DNA of 64,000 bases. Source: Paraphysomonas bandaiensis (lineage: Eukaryota; Protista; Chrysophyceae). How positions within the stretch are numbered: position 1 is the stretch's first letter; every line of letters starts with the position of its first letter. The position numbers and the translations under genes are program-made. The stretch lies in NCBI GenBank assembly GCA_965644295.1, contig CBFFRP010000615.1, forward strand, positions 1 to 64,000, in the 5' to 3' direction. The notes under the pieces were generated by a model. That model had not been told where the DNA came from. It made no database searches and saw only the letters and a list, made by a program, of their open reading frames with translations. This document shows, piece by piece, positions 25,619-38,619 of this stretch.

Positions 25619-28600
25619 TCAATAATGGTCTTTGGCCACTCTAGTCAGGCGTCTCTGCTTTCTATACGCGAATGGGTTTTCCGTAGAATGTGGAACTTTA
25701 GCAGGACCGTACAGAGCCTCATCTATCCAACTATCAGGATCCCTGATAACACCACCATGAAGAACCTTCGATGGAGCAGACAGAGTGGCTGCAATTCGTT
25801 CTTTGTCTTGTTGTTTCAAGTCTTCAGTGCTGTAAACAGATGGCCACATAGAAGTTCTTTTAGACCAATGAGATATACGCTCCTGTACATTTCTAAGCAC
25901 CTTCAACACCCTTTCTGATGCTCTGTGCTGGTTACCAAAAAGTGTTACACTCATATGGTAGCACTCCTGCATAACAGAAAGGGATTCCCTGAACTTCCCT
26001 GTCTCAGCATAAAAGACACCGAGATTGAACAGTGCTTTAATCAGATCCATGCTCATACCCTGACGAACTACTGTATTCTCACAGTCGCCATCTTTCGAAG
26101 GAGTCCTTTTTCGGCGCTCGTCTACTACCATCTCATAGAGGGCTCGTGCGACATCAGGCTGTTCTAACTCCATATAAACATAAGCAATATTGCTGATAAC
26201 TGCGAGTGTATCATCATGGGTTTCTCCGAGAGTTACTTCACGTCCCACCAGGCACTTCATATACATCTCCTCAGCTTCTGAATACCTCCCTTGCTTGGTG
26301 AAGCAGTTGGCGAGGTTGAACATGCTCGTCAGGGCATCTACATGATGAACACCTAGACACTCAGACCTGTGTCCCAGACAAACAGAAAAGCATTTCTCCG
26401 CCTCCTCAAGCAACCCTTTGTCGTAATAATATACCCCAAGATTATTCAGCACACACAGTGTAACAGGATCTTTGATGCCGTGTTCTGTACTATACTTTTT
26501 AAGTAGCTCTTTGAGGCTCTGTTCCGAAAGACGTTTTTTATTTTTTGCTGGCTTCATATTGCTCTCTTCACAGTGAGTGTCTTGTGCCCTAGGTGAGGAC
26601 ATGAGAACGATACGCCCAACAAGAGAAGGTCGCTTTTTCGTAGCTGAATTATTCGTATTCATTGGTTGGGACAATGACCTCGAAAACGTTCGACTCAGAG
26701 TCTGCTCTTTTTCATTAATTTGCTCTGCCAGTCGAGCTACCTGAATTCTGGTTTTATAAGCCTCCTCGGCGGCGAAAATGTGTAGGTCCTGTAAGTTTTA
26801 GTCATCGTGAAGGACCAAAAGATAGCCAGCGTAAGACCACTCACATTCTCATCAAGATTGCCACTACCATCCTTGTCCAGCTCAACAAACCTCTACATAG
26901 ACGATTACGAGACTACAGCATATGGTGCAGTGTAATACAGCGCCCAATACCTGTAGCCATGGGTCGATGTCTTTTTCCTTGTTCAAACCATTCGTGTGCA
27001 CCAACATGGCAATAAGGAAGTTCAACCGATCTACTTCCCCTCCCTCTACACACCATAGAATGATAAGAAAATTCGTTGAATATAGCATAAATATTAGAGC
27101 AGTATACAGTGCATACAGAACTACGTTACACCCACAGTCCAAACTCCGTATCAAACATATCAGTGGCACAGTACAGTACTGCCAGAATACACGATGGTGA
27201 TACCAGCTTCTCCTTGCATGGTGAGAATAGATGCAGCATCAAGCGGCTTGTTCAGCATGGCCATCCGTTTTTCCTCAAACGCTTTTTCTCTCTGAACCGA
27301 AGAGAAAGTCCCAATAGCAGCTGTCACTATGAGAACTGAAGCGAGTACGTAAAAAACGTTGAAAAGCCTGGTACAGGTAAAAGCTTTACGACAGAATTGT
27401 ACGCAAGTTGCACGAGAAGATGACTACCCAAGATATCATAAGTTTATAGATGAGAATGGAGCAAATAAACTTAAAAGGGAATCAGGATGAGCTGCATTTT
27501 ACCTTGACGTGTCTTTCTCAGGAATAAGATCACCATACCCAATACTCTGAGAGCCAAAATGCAAAACAAGATATGAACTTAGCCCAAGCTACATATACAT
27601 GCCCAAATATGCGGATATATAACAACCATGTTCACACCAATACAAAATGAAGAATAATAGCACATATATTCAAGGAAACCTACCAGAGTAGTAACTACGC
27701 TCCAGTATATACCAGATACGACGGACAGACCTTCATGAACACACATGAAGGCGGTGCCGACAGTGATACACATTAGAGTAATGATAACGCACAGGATTAT
27801 TCTTTCCCGCTGTAGCACCTAAAACGACATCCATGTTAACACATCAGGGTCTCAACATCACATATTAATAGAATCCTGGTACACACCCAATTTACCTACC
27901 GATAAAGGAGTACTAGTTTTGTCATGTCTGCTGTATATAAATTTGTCCTGGATATAGTCCAAAAGTGCATATGCCCAGTCTATCAAAATCTGTACCACAA
28001 ATACAATACCCACAAGTATATATATCATGGTGAACACCCGTGATCCTGCAAAAAACTGCTTAGAATGGTACCGTCTAAATGGAAAAAGGACTACCATCTG
28101 TGTCCGGTGTAATGTCGCCATACCCCACAGTGGTCACTGAAAACATGAATAAGGTGGTCAAAAAATGTACATAAATATAGATGCTAGTCGGTACATGAAG
28201 TTATACATACATAGATTGCCAGGACTATATATCACTACAGTGCGATCTGAGCCTTACTTGAGACAGTTGTAAAATAAACACACTGCAACACCGTCCACTC
28301 CTGATTGTACTTATAGAACAGTAACCCGATACCATAATACAACATCACAACAAGAATATTATGCAGAGTGGAGTCGGAAGGGATGTTCCCTTTGGACTGC
28401 TGATCTCTCAGCCATCTCATAGTGCTGCCCGGCTGAACACTTTCTGCAGAGGAGACAGCCGACACTGAGGCAGAGACAGCGACCGGATGAGATGTTTCCG
28501 AAGTATCTGAACTATCAGTGGATTGATTCTGCTGTTCAGTTGACAGCATGAGAGCCAACTCGTCGACAAGAGACACGGAGCGATCAGGTGCACTTCTATT

Positions 28601-28864
28601 GATACCGTACACCGGACGGGGGCTCGATCCTCTGACTGTATGCGGAGGAGCGAGAAACCCCTCGCAGTCCTCGTCATCCTCGTCCTCATCATCTTCATCG
28701 TCATCCGGATTGTCTCTATCTGTGTAGGGAGATGATGGCGATGTCTCTGGTGATGATGAGTGAGAGCGACAGCTGGTGCTGGTGCTGTGGATGGTTACGA
28801 GAGGAAACAGACCCCTGCCTGTGTCCTCATGCTCTCGATACGAGGAGTCAAGGGCTTGTAACAT
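25619..28864 (-). CDS. Two-pore (TPK/KCO-type) K+ channel with EF-hand region and C-terminal TPR repeats; 9 exons
   Basis: Spliced reading gives pore 1 VYFTTVSMTTVGYGD, pore 2 IYWSVVTTLSIGYGD, four TM segments and EF-hand ELDKDGSGNLDENDL. It continues in frame into ORF 25619..26674 with TPR_10/12-like repeats (LNNLGVYY, SMFNLANCF, ISNIAYVY, LFNLGVFY). All junctions are GT-AG and phase-consistent. Confidence 0.9.
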
Positions 28865-29018
28865 GAGGGTGTGGGTGGTTGTGGAAGAGTCTGAGTCTAC
28901 TCACGCATCACTCACGCATCACTGGGAGTGAATCGTATAGACCTGCAGTGCTGTTAGCCTGCCTGTATGTCTCATACGCGTGTATCGAGTATATTCTTCT
29001 GCTGTATAATCCTCTACA

Positions 29019-29088
29019 GTACCTGTAGACCTGTGTACCTGTAGACCTGTGTACCTGTAGACCTGTGTACCTGTAGACCTGTAGACCT
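29019..29088. repeat. 16-bp tandem repeat GTACCTGTAGACCTGT upstream of the K+ channel gene
   Basis: Direct reading, ~4 copies. Confidence 0.9.
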
Positions 29089-29959
29089 CTATGCCATATA
29101 CCTTCGTAGTGGGGTACATTGTATGTATCTATACTGCACTGTTCTTCCTACGTACCTCCATCAGTGTAGTGCAGGTATACGGCTGTAGTGTTCATATAAC
29201 AGTCTTGTATGTCCAGAGCTGAGCCGAGGGCTCTGAGGAGGCAGTGGCTTATGCCTATGTGTGGAGCAGTTGCGTGAGTTGAATCTCGATCAGTGTCCTG
29301 ATAAGATGGGCTCAGGTGACCCCCTATAGCAGAGCACTGTGTGAAGAAGGCTGTTGAAGCTGGTGCATTGTCTTCAACTGTAACTGCAAGTTCAACTGAT
29401 GAGCACCGACAGTGTGGCAGGTGTGCTACTGCTCATTGGGATGCACTTATACATGCTGCCATCACCTCGAGCCCATGACCCTATGTATAAATGGACAGGC
29501 GAGAGTTGGCATACGTGCTGATCCCTGGTAACAGCTGGCATGATGAGAGTGCTGAGAGCTTGGTATATGCTGAGTACGGCAAGCGCAGAGTGCCTTATCA
29601 GTATGTCTCTATCGTGTGGGCCCTGCCCTCAACTTGAAGCAATAGCTAATGAATGTGTTGCAGAAACGAGATGGAGGTCGGGGCAGAAAAGTTATGGGTA
29701 AGATTCGCACCAATATAGCCGAGGTAAGTAGTGCATTCCTTGTCGTACTGCGTTAAATTTGTGACAGATATTCGATTATTTCAGTCGAAGTGAATATCAG
29801 GAAGTCGAGAATTTCTACGATGAATGGTGTAAGTTCTACACTAACTACTCCGACGTTTACTATTTCGCCTACTGCGTAATTAGTAGAAGCCAAGTGGACC
29901 AGCTTGGTAGATCCCTCCCAAGACATGTCCAGAAGGACACGTAATGGTTTACGTTTCTG

Positions 29960-30285
29960 TAGTACTCCATCTTCTTGGCAGAATGATCCGAATGCTATAC
30001 CGAATGAGAAGCATATGTCTAAGTAAGACCCTCCAGCAAACCACCATGTTCTTATGGAAATCACACTATCATAGCTGGTCTTAGCTCTTCTGCGATGTAA
30101 TTCAGTGTCGTACTCATCGCCATAGTAGTCATTAAGTTTCGCCTGGTTTCCAATAAACCTAAGCTATGTTAGTGTTGCAATTACGCATCATACCTCTAGT
30201 ACTTCACATTCTGAACAATCTCTTAATTCTCTTTATGTCAATTTACCTATTTCATCCAAAGCATACTGCCAATATTTTTATTTGA
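29960..30285 (-). pseudogene. PIF/Harbinger transposase N-terminal fragment
   Basis: WFAGGSYLDICFSFGIAFGSFCQEDGVL resembles the HARBI1-type helix-turn-helix region (LRWLAGGSYxD). An upstream frameshifted KRLFRM motif is present. Stops and deletions present. Confidence 0.75.
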
Positions 30286-30424
30286 TCCTACTTTTAAACA
30301 CTACAAGAGGTGCTTGTGCGTCACCGCAAGCACCAAATTGCAACTAAAGTAGGATATATGATATATTAGAGTTAAACACTGACTCTTAAACGCGTATTGC
30401 TAATAATCTAATAAGACACTCACT
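30286..30424. mobile_element. Element R2 fragment with internal inversion
   Basis: TCCTACTTT..TGCTTGTGCGTCACCGCAAGCACC in one orientation, then AAAGTAGGA..GACTCTTAAACGCGTATTGCTAA in the other. Confidence 0.7.
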
Positions 30425-31166
30425 TCTAATATCTATATATATTAATATATGTATATAGTGTTACTAAGTTGTTACTAAGTGTGAATAGAAGTAAGTGTTA
30501 CTAAGTGCAAATTAACGACAAATCTTGAGCATATATAAATTTCACCTAATCTTATAGTTCATTACAGTACACCATCTAGTTCTCATTATTGCTTGCGCAT
30601 GTAACAGAAAAGCAATAACTGTACCCCAATGAATGAACTGATTATTACTCAACAGCCCAATAGTACTCCAGCTACACACTCTACTACTCTAGTCTCTAGT
30701 ACCACTACTTATTACCTGACACTAGCCCGGAGTCTCTGGAGATTAAAGCCATTTCTGATACAATTCTCTTTTTACCACGACTGAGAGCATTGCACAGTAA
30801 GTCGAGCATATCCACTACCTCACCTGCATCGTCTTCTTTTTCCATTTCAAACACGGTTTCATGCTGTAAATCAGCACATGAATCAACGACGTACTCGGAC
30901 TGTACTTTCACTGCGCATTTCAAATGCTTTACTCCCCTCCAATCTAATAGGCATTCTGCTTGCTTGCGTCGTCTTCAATAACCTCGAGACATACACTCTC
31001 CGCTTTTCTACAGGTCACGGGAACCCACTTTTCACGCTCATTTTGTCGATAATGAGGCATAAACCTTTACAATAGCTCTCCCGCATAGTAATGAAGCTTG
31101 CAATACGAACTCACAGTTAATAATAATGGCACGATTCACAGTGTATTCGCTCTCTCAAATTCCTTC

Positions 31167-31327
31167 TGTGGGAATAAGTCGATCCAGCGGAATATGTCGA
31201 TCCAGCAAAAAAATCGACCTTTTTTCGTTATTTCTCTGAAATATATTCGTCAAAAAACAACATGCATCAAAAAAGCCTGGATTTTTTTGCTGGATCGACA
31301 TATTCTGCTGGATCTTATATTCCCACA
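31167..31327. mobile_element. MITE in left arm of the inverted duplication
   Basis: TIR TGTGGGAATAAGTCGATCCAGCGGAATATGTCGATCCAGCAAAAAAATC and its approximate reverse complement. Confidence 0.8.
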
Positions 31328-33311
31328 CAGACAGAATTGTTGCCTTATTGGAATTCCAAGACATCACAATCTAAGTGCGTGGCATTCGCTACTTCAAAAT
31401 TGAAGTTGCGGTTTCTGCAGCACGACATCAAGATTTCAGCTGGATGATGGTATCTTGTTCCCTCAAACCATCCCTAATCTGCTTCTTGGAGTTCCAAAAC
31501 GCTGTTCACATACCAGTGCCTGCCAATACTTCAATGTTCTGTTCGACGTCACACTTTAGTCAGCCGCATAGCATTTGCGATTACTATACAATCACAACTT
31601 CACTGCAATCAAGTCAGAGTTATCATCACGACTAAGATTCGTGTCCTCACAGTGAGTGTTGCCTGGAGTGACACTTCTTTATTGGCATGCTCCATTTCTG
31701 ATTGGCTTCTGCGGTATGTTTTTTTGGACAAGACGATGAAAAACGACGCTTTTGTTCTCGTTAGCGCGAAGGGCATCCCAGTAGAGCTCATAGAACTCCC
31801 ATCCATACACTCGTATCCAGAATATACTCCAGAGCGCAAGTAAAACTCCCTTGCCTGACAATCCTGGAGTTTTACTTGCGCTCTGGAGCTTGAGGAAGAT
31901 TTTACTCCCTTGCCTGACGATCCTGCAGAGTGTTCGATCATGGAAGACCGCAGTCCTGATCCCTTCTATCAGACATTGCATGCTCTTACTTGTCCAGATA
32001 CACTGGATGAAATGATTCGTTACTAATATTCGCCGCAAGAGAATGGATACTTTAAACGAGCAGCAGCATGTGGCAGCTCAAACAGCCGAACTGGAGACAT
32101 CACGGTATCATGATCAGCTCACTGAAACCTATTCATTTCCGTCGGCTGACTTAACACTTCTTCCTGCATCGTTTGTTTCTACTTAGTAAATTTTTTGCTA
32201 TCTGTTCCTTAGTCTTAGTTTGCTCCATTTTTACCATTAACTAACATTCGATACAACGTAACACTTACATAACCTTTCGACACTTAGTAATATATGTATA
32301 TAGTGTTACTAAGTTGTTACTAAGTGTGAATAGAAGTAAGTGTTACTAAGTGTCGAAAGGTTATGTAAGTAAAAGTTACGTTGTATCGAATGTTAGTTAA
32401 TGGTAAAAATGAAACAAACTAAGACTAAGGAACAGATAGCAAAAAATATTACTAAATAAGTAGAAACAAACGATGCAGGAAGAAGTGTTAAGTCAGCCGA
32501 CGGAAATGAATTGGTTTCAGTGAGCTGGTCATGATACCGTGATGTCTCCAGTTCGGCTGTTCGAGCTGCCACATGCTGCTGCTCGTTTAAAGTATCCATT
32601 CTCTTGCGGCGAATATTAGTAACGAATCATTTCATCCAGTGTATCTGGACAAGTAAGAGCATGCAATGTCTGATAGAAGGGATCAGGACTGCGGTCTTCC
32701 ATGATCGAACACTCTGCAGGATCGTCAGGCAAGGGAGTAAAATCTTCCTCAAGCTCCAGAGCGCAAGTAAAACTCCAGGATTGTCAGGCAAGGGAATTTT
32801 ACTTGCGCTCTGGAGTATATTCTGGATACGAGTGTATGTATGGGAGTTCTATGAGCTCTACTGGGATGCCCTTCGCGCTAACGAGAACAAAAGCGTCGTT
32901 TTTCATCGTCTTGTCCAAAAAAACATACCGCAGAAGCCAATCAGAAATGGAGCTTGCCAATAAAGAAGTGTCACTCCAGGCAACACTCACTGTGAGGACA
33001 CGAATCTTAGTCGTGATGATAACTCTGACTTGATTGCAGTGAAGTTGTGATTGTATAGTAATTGCAAATGCTATGCGGCTGACTAAAGTGTGACGTCGAA
33101 CAGAACATTGAAGTATTGGCAGGCACTGGTAAATGAACAGCGTTTTGGAACTCCAAGAAGCAGATTAGGGATGGTTTGAGGGAAAAGATACCATCATCCA
33201 GCTGAAATCTTGATGTCGTGTTGCAGAAACCGCAACTTCAATTTTGAAGTAGCGAATGCCACGCACTCAGATAGTGATTTCTTGGAATTCCAATAAGGCA
33301 ACAATTCTGTG

Positions 33312-33488
33312 TGTGGGAATAAGATCCAGCAGAATATGTCAATCCAGCAAAAAAATCCAGGCTTTTTTGATGCATGTTCTTTTTTGACGAATATATTTCA
33401 GAGAAATAACGAATAAAGGTCGATTTTTTTGCTGGATCGACATATTCCGCTGGATCGACATATTCCGCTGGATCGACTTATTCCCACA
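33312..33488. mobile_element. Same MITE in right arm, with one extra 18-bp subterminal unit
   Basis: GCTGGATCGACATATTCC repeated, ending in TTATTCCCACA. Confidence 0.8.
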
Positions 33489-34996
33489 GAAGGAATTTGA
33501 GAGAGCGAACACACAGTGAATCGTGCCATTATTAACTGTGAGTTCGTATAGCAAGCTTCATTACTATGCGGGAGAGCTATTGTAAAGGTTTATGCCTCAT
33601 TATCGACAAAATGAGCGTGACAAGTGGGTTCCCGTGACCTGTAGAAAAGCGGAGAGTGTATGTCTCGAGGTTATTGAAGATGACGCAAGCAAGCAGAATG
33701 CCTATTAGATTGGAGGGGAGAAAAGCATTTGAAATGCGCAGTGAAAGTTCAGTCCGAGTACGTCGTTGATTCATGTGCTGATTTACGGCATGAAACCGTG
33801 ATTGAAATGGAAAAAGAAGACCATGCAGGTGAGGTAGTGGATATGCTCGACTTACTGAGCAATGCTCTCAGTCGTGGTAAAAAGAGAATTGCATCAGAAA
33901 TGGCTTTAAGCTCCAGAGACTCCCGGCTAGTGTCAGGTAATAAGTAGTGGTACTAGAGACTAGAGTAGTAGAGTGTGTAGCTGGAGTACTATTGGGCTGT
34001 TGAGTAATAATCAGTTCATTCATTGGGGTACAGTTATTGCTTTTCTGTTACATGCGCAAGCAATAATGAGAACTAGATGGTGTACTGTAATGAACTATAA
34101 GATTTGGTGAAATTTATATATGCTCAAGATTTGTCGTTAATTTGCAGCAAACGCATGCATGTGTATGTCTAATATTAACTACAACAAATGTACCACTACC
34201 ACAGTAGGATACGGAGGGATTCAATATCCTGCATAAATGTGATGATGAATGTGAGAAATTGTAGTTGCATGAGGCTTCTTGTTGTCGTTGCCATCATTGT
34301 GAATTGTGACAACGCGCTTAACTTCTGTTGAGCGTTTTGTTTAACCCAATTCAGGTCAATCTATCAAAATTAAGGTAGAAGATAGAATCTGTATGAACCG
34401 AATGTTGAAGTTTAATGTCTATATTTTGTCGGTGCTAGGATAAGGCATGAGCGTTTTATTAGAACCTAATTCAGGTCAAAAAATTCACATCTTGTGACAG
34501 CATAGGGATAAACTATATCCAGGGCACTCAATATTTCATACGAAATGTCGATAAGGGTAGTCTTTTAGATATTATTAGTACTTTTTACTATTTTTAAGGG
34601 TGTTCACACCGAACAAACCAGCACAAATTGAATTCTCGACTAAATATGATGTAGCAGTGCATCTATAAACGATTGATACGCAGCTTCGCAGAAATATATA
34701 TATGTAATAATAATAAATGTTTCCTAATCTCTATCTACTTAATTGGACTGTCACGCATCATTATCTGGTAAAACAATCAAACCACACACGCATTCCTTCA
34801 ATGCCTCAGTTTTAAACAGATACACGCGGGTAAGTAAAAGGACAAGGAAAATGTGCAAAACTCTTCACAGCGCTTATAATCGCCGAAACGTAACATCGAT
34901 GGAAACGAGAGCATCACAGTGAAAGCGTATAATATGAGATAGCACGACGTGCTATCATTCTGTAATGTCTTTATGTATCTCTTTCAGTGTGTAGGG

Positions 34997-36319
34997 TTAG
35001 AACTGATAAGCAGCATACAGATGATCTCTATGCTCCTGATTATGGTTATGGTACGTAGACGAATCCATAACGTTAGGTGTATTGGCTGGAACCTGACGAC
35101 TTGGGGGCTGGGGTAGTGTATAAGTGGGGTAGAAAACCGCACTGTCTACTCGCAATGAAGACGCCGAACCCCCAGGAGTCGTAGGCTGCTGTTGTCTAGT
35201 AGACAGTGTCTGAGTTTGTCCTTGCAGTTCAGAGATGGACGACAGATAGAGAGAAGGACCGCTGGAAAAAGTAGGTGACCGCCGAGAAGCCCCAAAACCT
35301 CCCCCCTTGGCAGAGGGAATATATGAACCACCTGCTTCAGAGGGGAGAGAAGTAGAGGGAGTAAACGGTACGGAGTTGGTCCCTTGGCCATCTGCAGTGG
35401 GGAGAGTCTGAGGGGTGTATACCTGCCGAGTGCTGCGAGGAGCACAATGAACACGTTGGGGAACCGCATCAGGGGCAAGTGGAGCAGTGGGAAACATGAA
35501 GGCTAGTGCTGCTGCCTCAGCAGGTGACACCTTCTGCATCCATATTCTCGTCTTGAACACCTGAAACATATCCCTCACGAGCTCTCTGAAGTCGACTCTC
35601 CTATCGGCAGAGAATATAATCGTCAGCTTCTTACGGTCGAACTGCATTTCAGCTGCTGCAACAGTGATGGGCACGTGGCGGACCTGAGCAAGATGTCTGC
35701 AGAGCTGTAGCGCCCTTTCTTCTTCTCTGGAATTGTCCTGCATGAGCTGCTTATCCTCAGGTGAAGCTAGTGATATAATAGAGCGTAAAGATGAGGTCTG
35801 AGAGGGCGCATACAGTGAAACCGGAGCAGGAGGATGAATAGCATGAACCACACCCGCATCAAACCCCCTGTCAGCCTCCACAACCACTGCAGAGCCGACT
35901 CGAATCACATCCGGACACCGATCAGTTATCTTATACGAGTCTTTCGTACACTTAAATCTCACCTCAACCACACTACCCGCCTGAGATGAGTGAGCAGACG
36001 AGAGCTCATGATGAGAGAATGATGATGACGAGGGCTCTGAATATCCTCGCAGCCTTCCCCCCTCTGACTCATAGGCTCCTATTCGACCCCCCTCTGACTC
36101 ATAGGCTCCTACTGATAGAGGTGTGACGTATCTGCTGCTGGTGATGTACTGTTGATCTCCATCCACCCCATCATCTGAGCATGGAGCGCTTACCTCTGTA
36201 GGTGAATGATCAGAGGGTATGGGAGGGATCATAGAGGGCTCTGGAGGATAACCAGAGGAGCATATATCACTCATAGGAGAGTGATAGTTCGAGTGATAGA
36301 GATCCGCTGATGGTTGCAT
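34997..36319 (-). CDS. PSP1 C-terminal domain protein, intronless
   Basis: VVVEADRGFDAGVV...AEMQFDRKKLTIIFSADRRVDFRELVRDMFQVFKTRIWMQ is the PSP1 (YaaT/RicT-like) signature, with low-complexity flanks. Confidence 0.93.
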   Translation of the reverse strand: MQPSADLYHSNYHSPMSDICSSGYPPEPSMIPPIPSDHSPTEVSAPCSDDGVDGDQQYITSSRYVTPLSVGAYESEGGRIGAYESEGGRLRGYSEPSSSSFSHHELSSAHSSQAGSVVEVRFKCTKDSYKITDRCPDVIRVGSAVVVEADRGFDAGVVHAIHPPAPVSLYAPSQTSSLRSIISLASPEDKQLMQDNSREEERALQLCRHLAQVRHVPITVAAAEMQFDRKKLTIIFSADRRVDFRELVRDMFQVFKTRIWMQKVSPAEAAALAFMFPTAPLAPDAVPQRVHCAPRSTRQVYTPQTLPTADGQGTNSVPFTPSTSLPSEAGGSYIPSAKGGGFGASRRSPTFSSGPSLYLSSISELQGQTQTLSTRQQQPTTPGGSASSLRVDSAVFYPTYTLPQPPSRQVPANTPNVMDSSTYHNHNQEHRDHLYAAYQF

Positions 36320-36893
36320 TAGATAGCTGGAAACATGAGGGGACAGTGATAGAGGCAGTGTGCTATAAGGGGGTGAAGTTATCTTATATGAGATGAGACT
36401 GATACTGTGAGTGCACTCCGCTGCTGTCTATACATACACTGCTCGACATGTGACAGACATACCACACTACACGATACTAGACTATACTGCTGGGTGCTAC
36501 ACACATCTATATATGAAATCAACGACTACGCACGTACGCTACCCTCATCAGATGGGAAGAAGTCATTCGATTGGTTCTTTTCATATACAAAAACATCGTA
36601 TGCGAATACATGTCGTCGTCACTTCGACTTCTTTTTCTTCAATTCAACTTCGAGAGCGAAGTAGCAAATCAGAAGATTCGAAAGACAGAAAGTGACGTAG
36701 TTGATAAAGAAATAGTATCTTGAACAGTCAATACTTCAACATATATATTTTCAGTTCTAATATATCTGTACACATAGCTGTATTCTGCGTATACGTATAT
36801 GAATGCAGAGGTGCTGAGAGTTGAGTCTCTGTGCTGCAGTCGCTTCACTATACCATCAAGCATGTATGTATATATATATGAATAGACACAGAC

Positions 36894-38619
36894 ATGAGCG
36901 AGTTTCAGTCCCATCAGCAAGTGATTCTTCGTCTACCAGAGTCAGTAGCGGATCGTGTGAACCGTATGCTTCATCGTTCTCTTGAACCGGTGCACATAGA
37001 AGTCGTTCCCGAAGGTGAGATCCACGCACATACATACATATATATATACATATATGAGACTATACACCCCTATATATGAGACTAGGCACATGTATGAGAC
37101 TATACATACATACATACACGTATATGAGACTATATACATGTATACACACATATATATGAGATACAGTCACATGCTATATCCATATACGTATATGACACAT
37201 AGTCACGTGCTATATACATATACATATGATATGTACATATATGTATACGTATGATATTATATGTTACACTATATTGCCTTCATATTCTAAACTGAACTTC
37301 AGTGGGGAAGAAGGCTATGTATAAGTTCGTGTTCGGAGAGGAGAGTCTTCCTGCTCTATTGGGTAATCTGCCATGTAACGTCGAGACTCATAAGACATTC
37401 GACCACCGCACATACTACAAGAGTGCAGACATTGGACAGGTGAGACATATCCCCCAATGATATGATATGATATGATAGACCGTACTATGATGCGAAATAT
37501 ACCTCACTAAGATATGACAAGATACCTTATACCCCACTATGATATGATGCGATACATCCTTCTATGAAATGAAATGATATGCCTACCCTACGATAATACG
37601 CACTGTGATATGAAGGAATATGTAGTGAGCTGATGAGATTGTATTTTGTGTAGATGTTGGTAGTGTTTGAGAATGAATCGGAGCGGGAGAAGGCGGATGA
37701 GTCCATGGTATCGGGGGAGTTCACATGTTTTAACACTGGTGTCACCCCACCATCGCACTGTATCGTCACCAGGAAGTTCAATAAGACTAGACACCAAAAG
37801 CCCCATCCTCCGGATGAGGTATCTAAGGTCGAAAATGAACTTTGCAAGTATGTCTCAGCAGACGATACCGAGGAAATATGTGAGTAAATGATGCTGTATT
37901 CTATGTTGTATATCCGTAGAGTGCCGTACGAACGTTATACATATGGTTTGTCGTGTCTACATCTACATGTTTGTAAAGTGTATTGCATGATATGTTGTTT
38001 AGTTCGTGAGCGTTGTATTCACTGTTCCGCACAAGTCTAATACGGAATATGTGTCCTAGTTGAAGAAGTTGTGGACTTTGAGGATTATATGGCGGATAGA
38101 CAGAATCCTGAAGGGAAAACATTCACACTAAACTCTCATGACTTTTCTTTGAAATCATCGCTGCCATTTCAGTTACATCCCGAGGTGATATTTTGTATTC
38201 ACACTGTGGCGTGTGTATTATGGACATATTATAAAGTGCATTGTTAATTGATGTCAACATTATGCTGCGTCAGTTTTGTGTGAGGTAACTAAAAGGTATA
38301 GATGCTTGTATCTTCTGAAGATAAGGATTTGCTGGAAAAAATTTCGGCTGTGAAGACTCAGGCTGAAAGTTCATCCAATAGTGTTCTAACTGGCTCAGTT
38401 GTTCACTCCAGAGGGGGGGAAGGTAAGCAGGTTCGTTCGAAAGAAGGCGATGGTGATGAGGGTGGGTATGGTACTGGTTTCGATGATAAGGACCTTGACG
38501 GTGATGAGGGAAATGAAGAAGATGGGTCTAATCAGAGTGCATGCAGTTCCGATAGCAGTGAATCAGACGACGCCTGGCTGAATGACCTGGAGAACAGCAT
38601 CGAAACCAAAGAGACCTAA
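36894..38619 (+). CDS. TAF7: TFIID subunit 7 (TAFII55 N-terminal domain); multi-exon
   Basis: Spliced QVILRLP...LPALLGNLPCNVETHKTFDHRTYYKSADIGQ|MLVV...GVTPPSHCIVTRKF, with an acidic C-terminus. Internal 3' exons are less certain. Confidence 0.9.

Larger units (their letters stand above)
30443..34146. repeat. 1.8-kb inverted duplication (arms 30506-32290 and 32343-34146) with a 65-bp perfect direct repeat (30443-30507, 32288-32352)
   Basis: Mirror-image ORFs in the track (e.g. 31679..32038 - vs 32604..32963 +). The arms differ by scattered substitutions and indels. Confidence 0.97.

Noticed and set aside
25619-26674. Stand-alone kinesin light chain/TPR gene
   Set aside because: The ORF starts at TTG and is open upstream to a splice acceptor that continues the channel's EF-hand.
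29200-29650. Possible LRR pseudogene (EQLRELNLDQCP, CPQLEAI)
   Set aside because: Only two short motifs amid stops; insufficient evidence.
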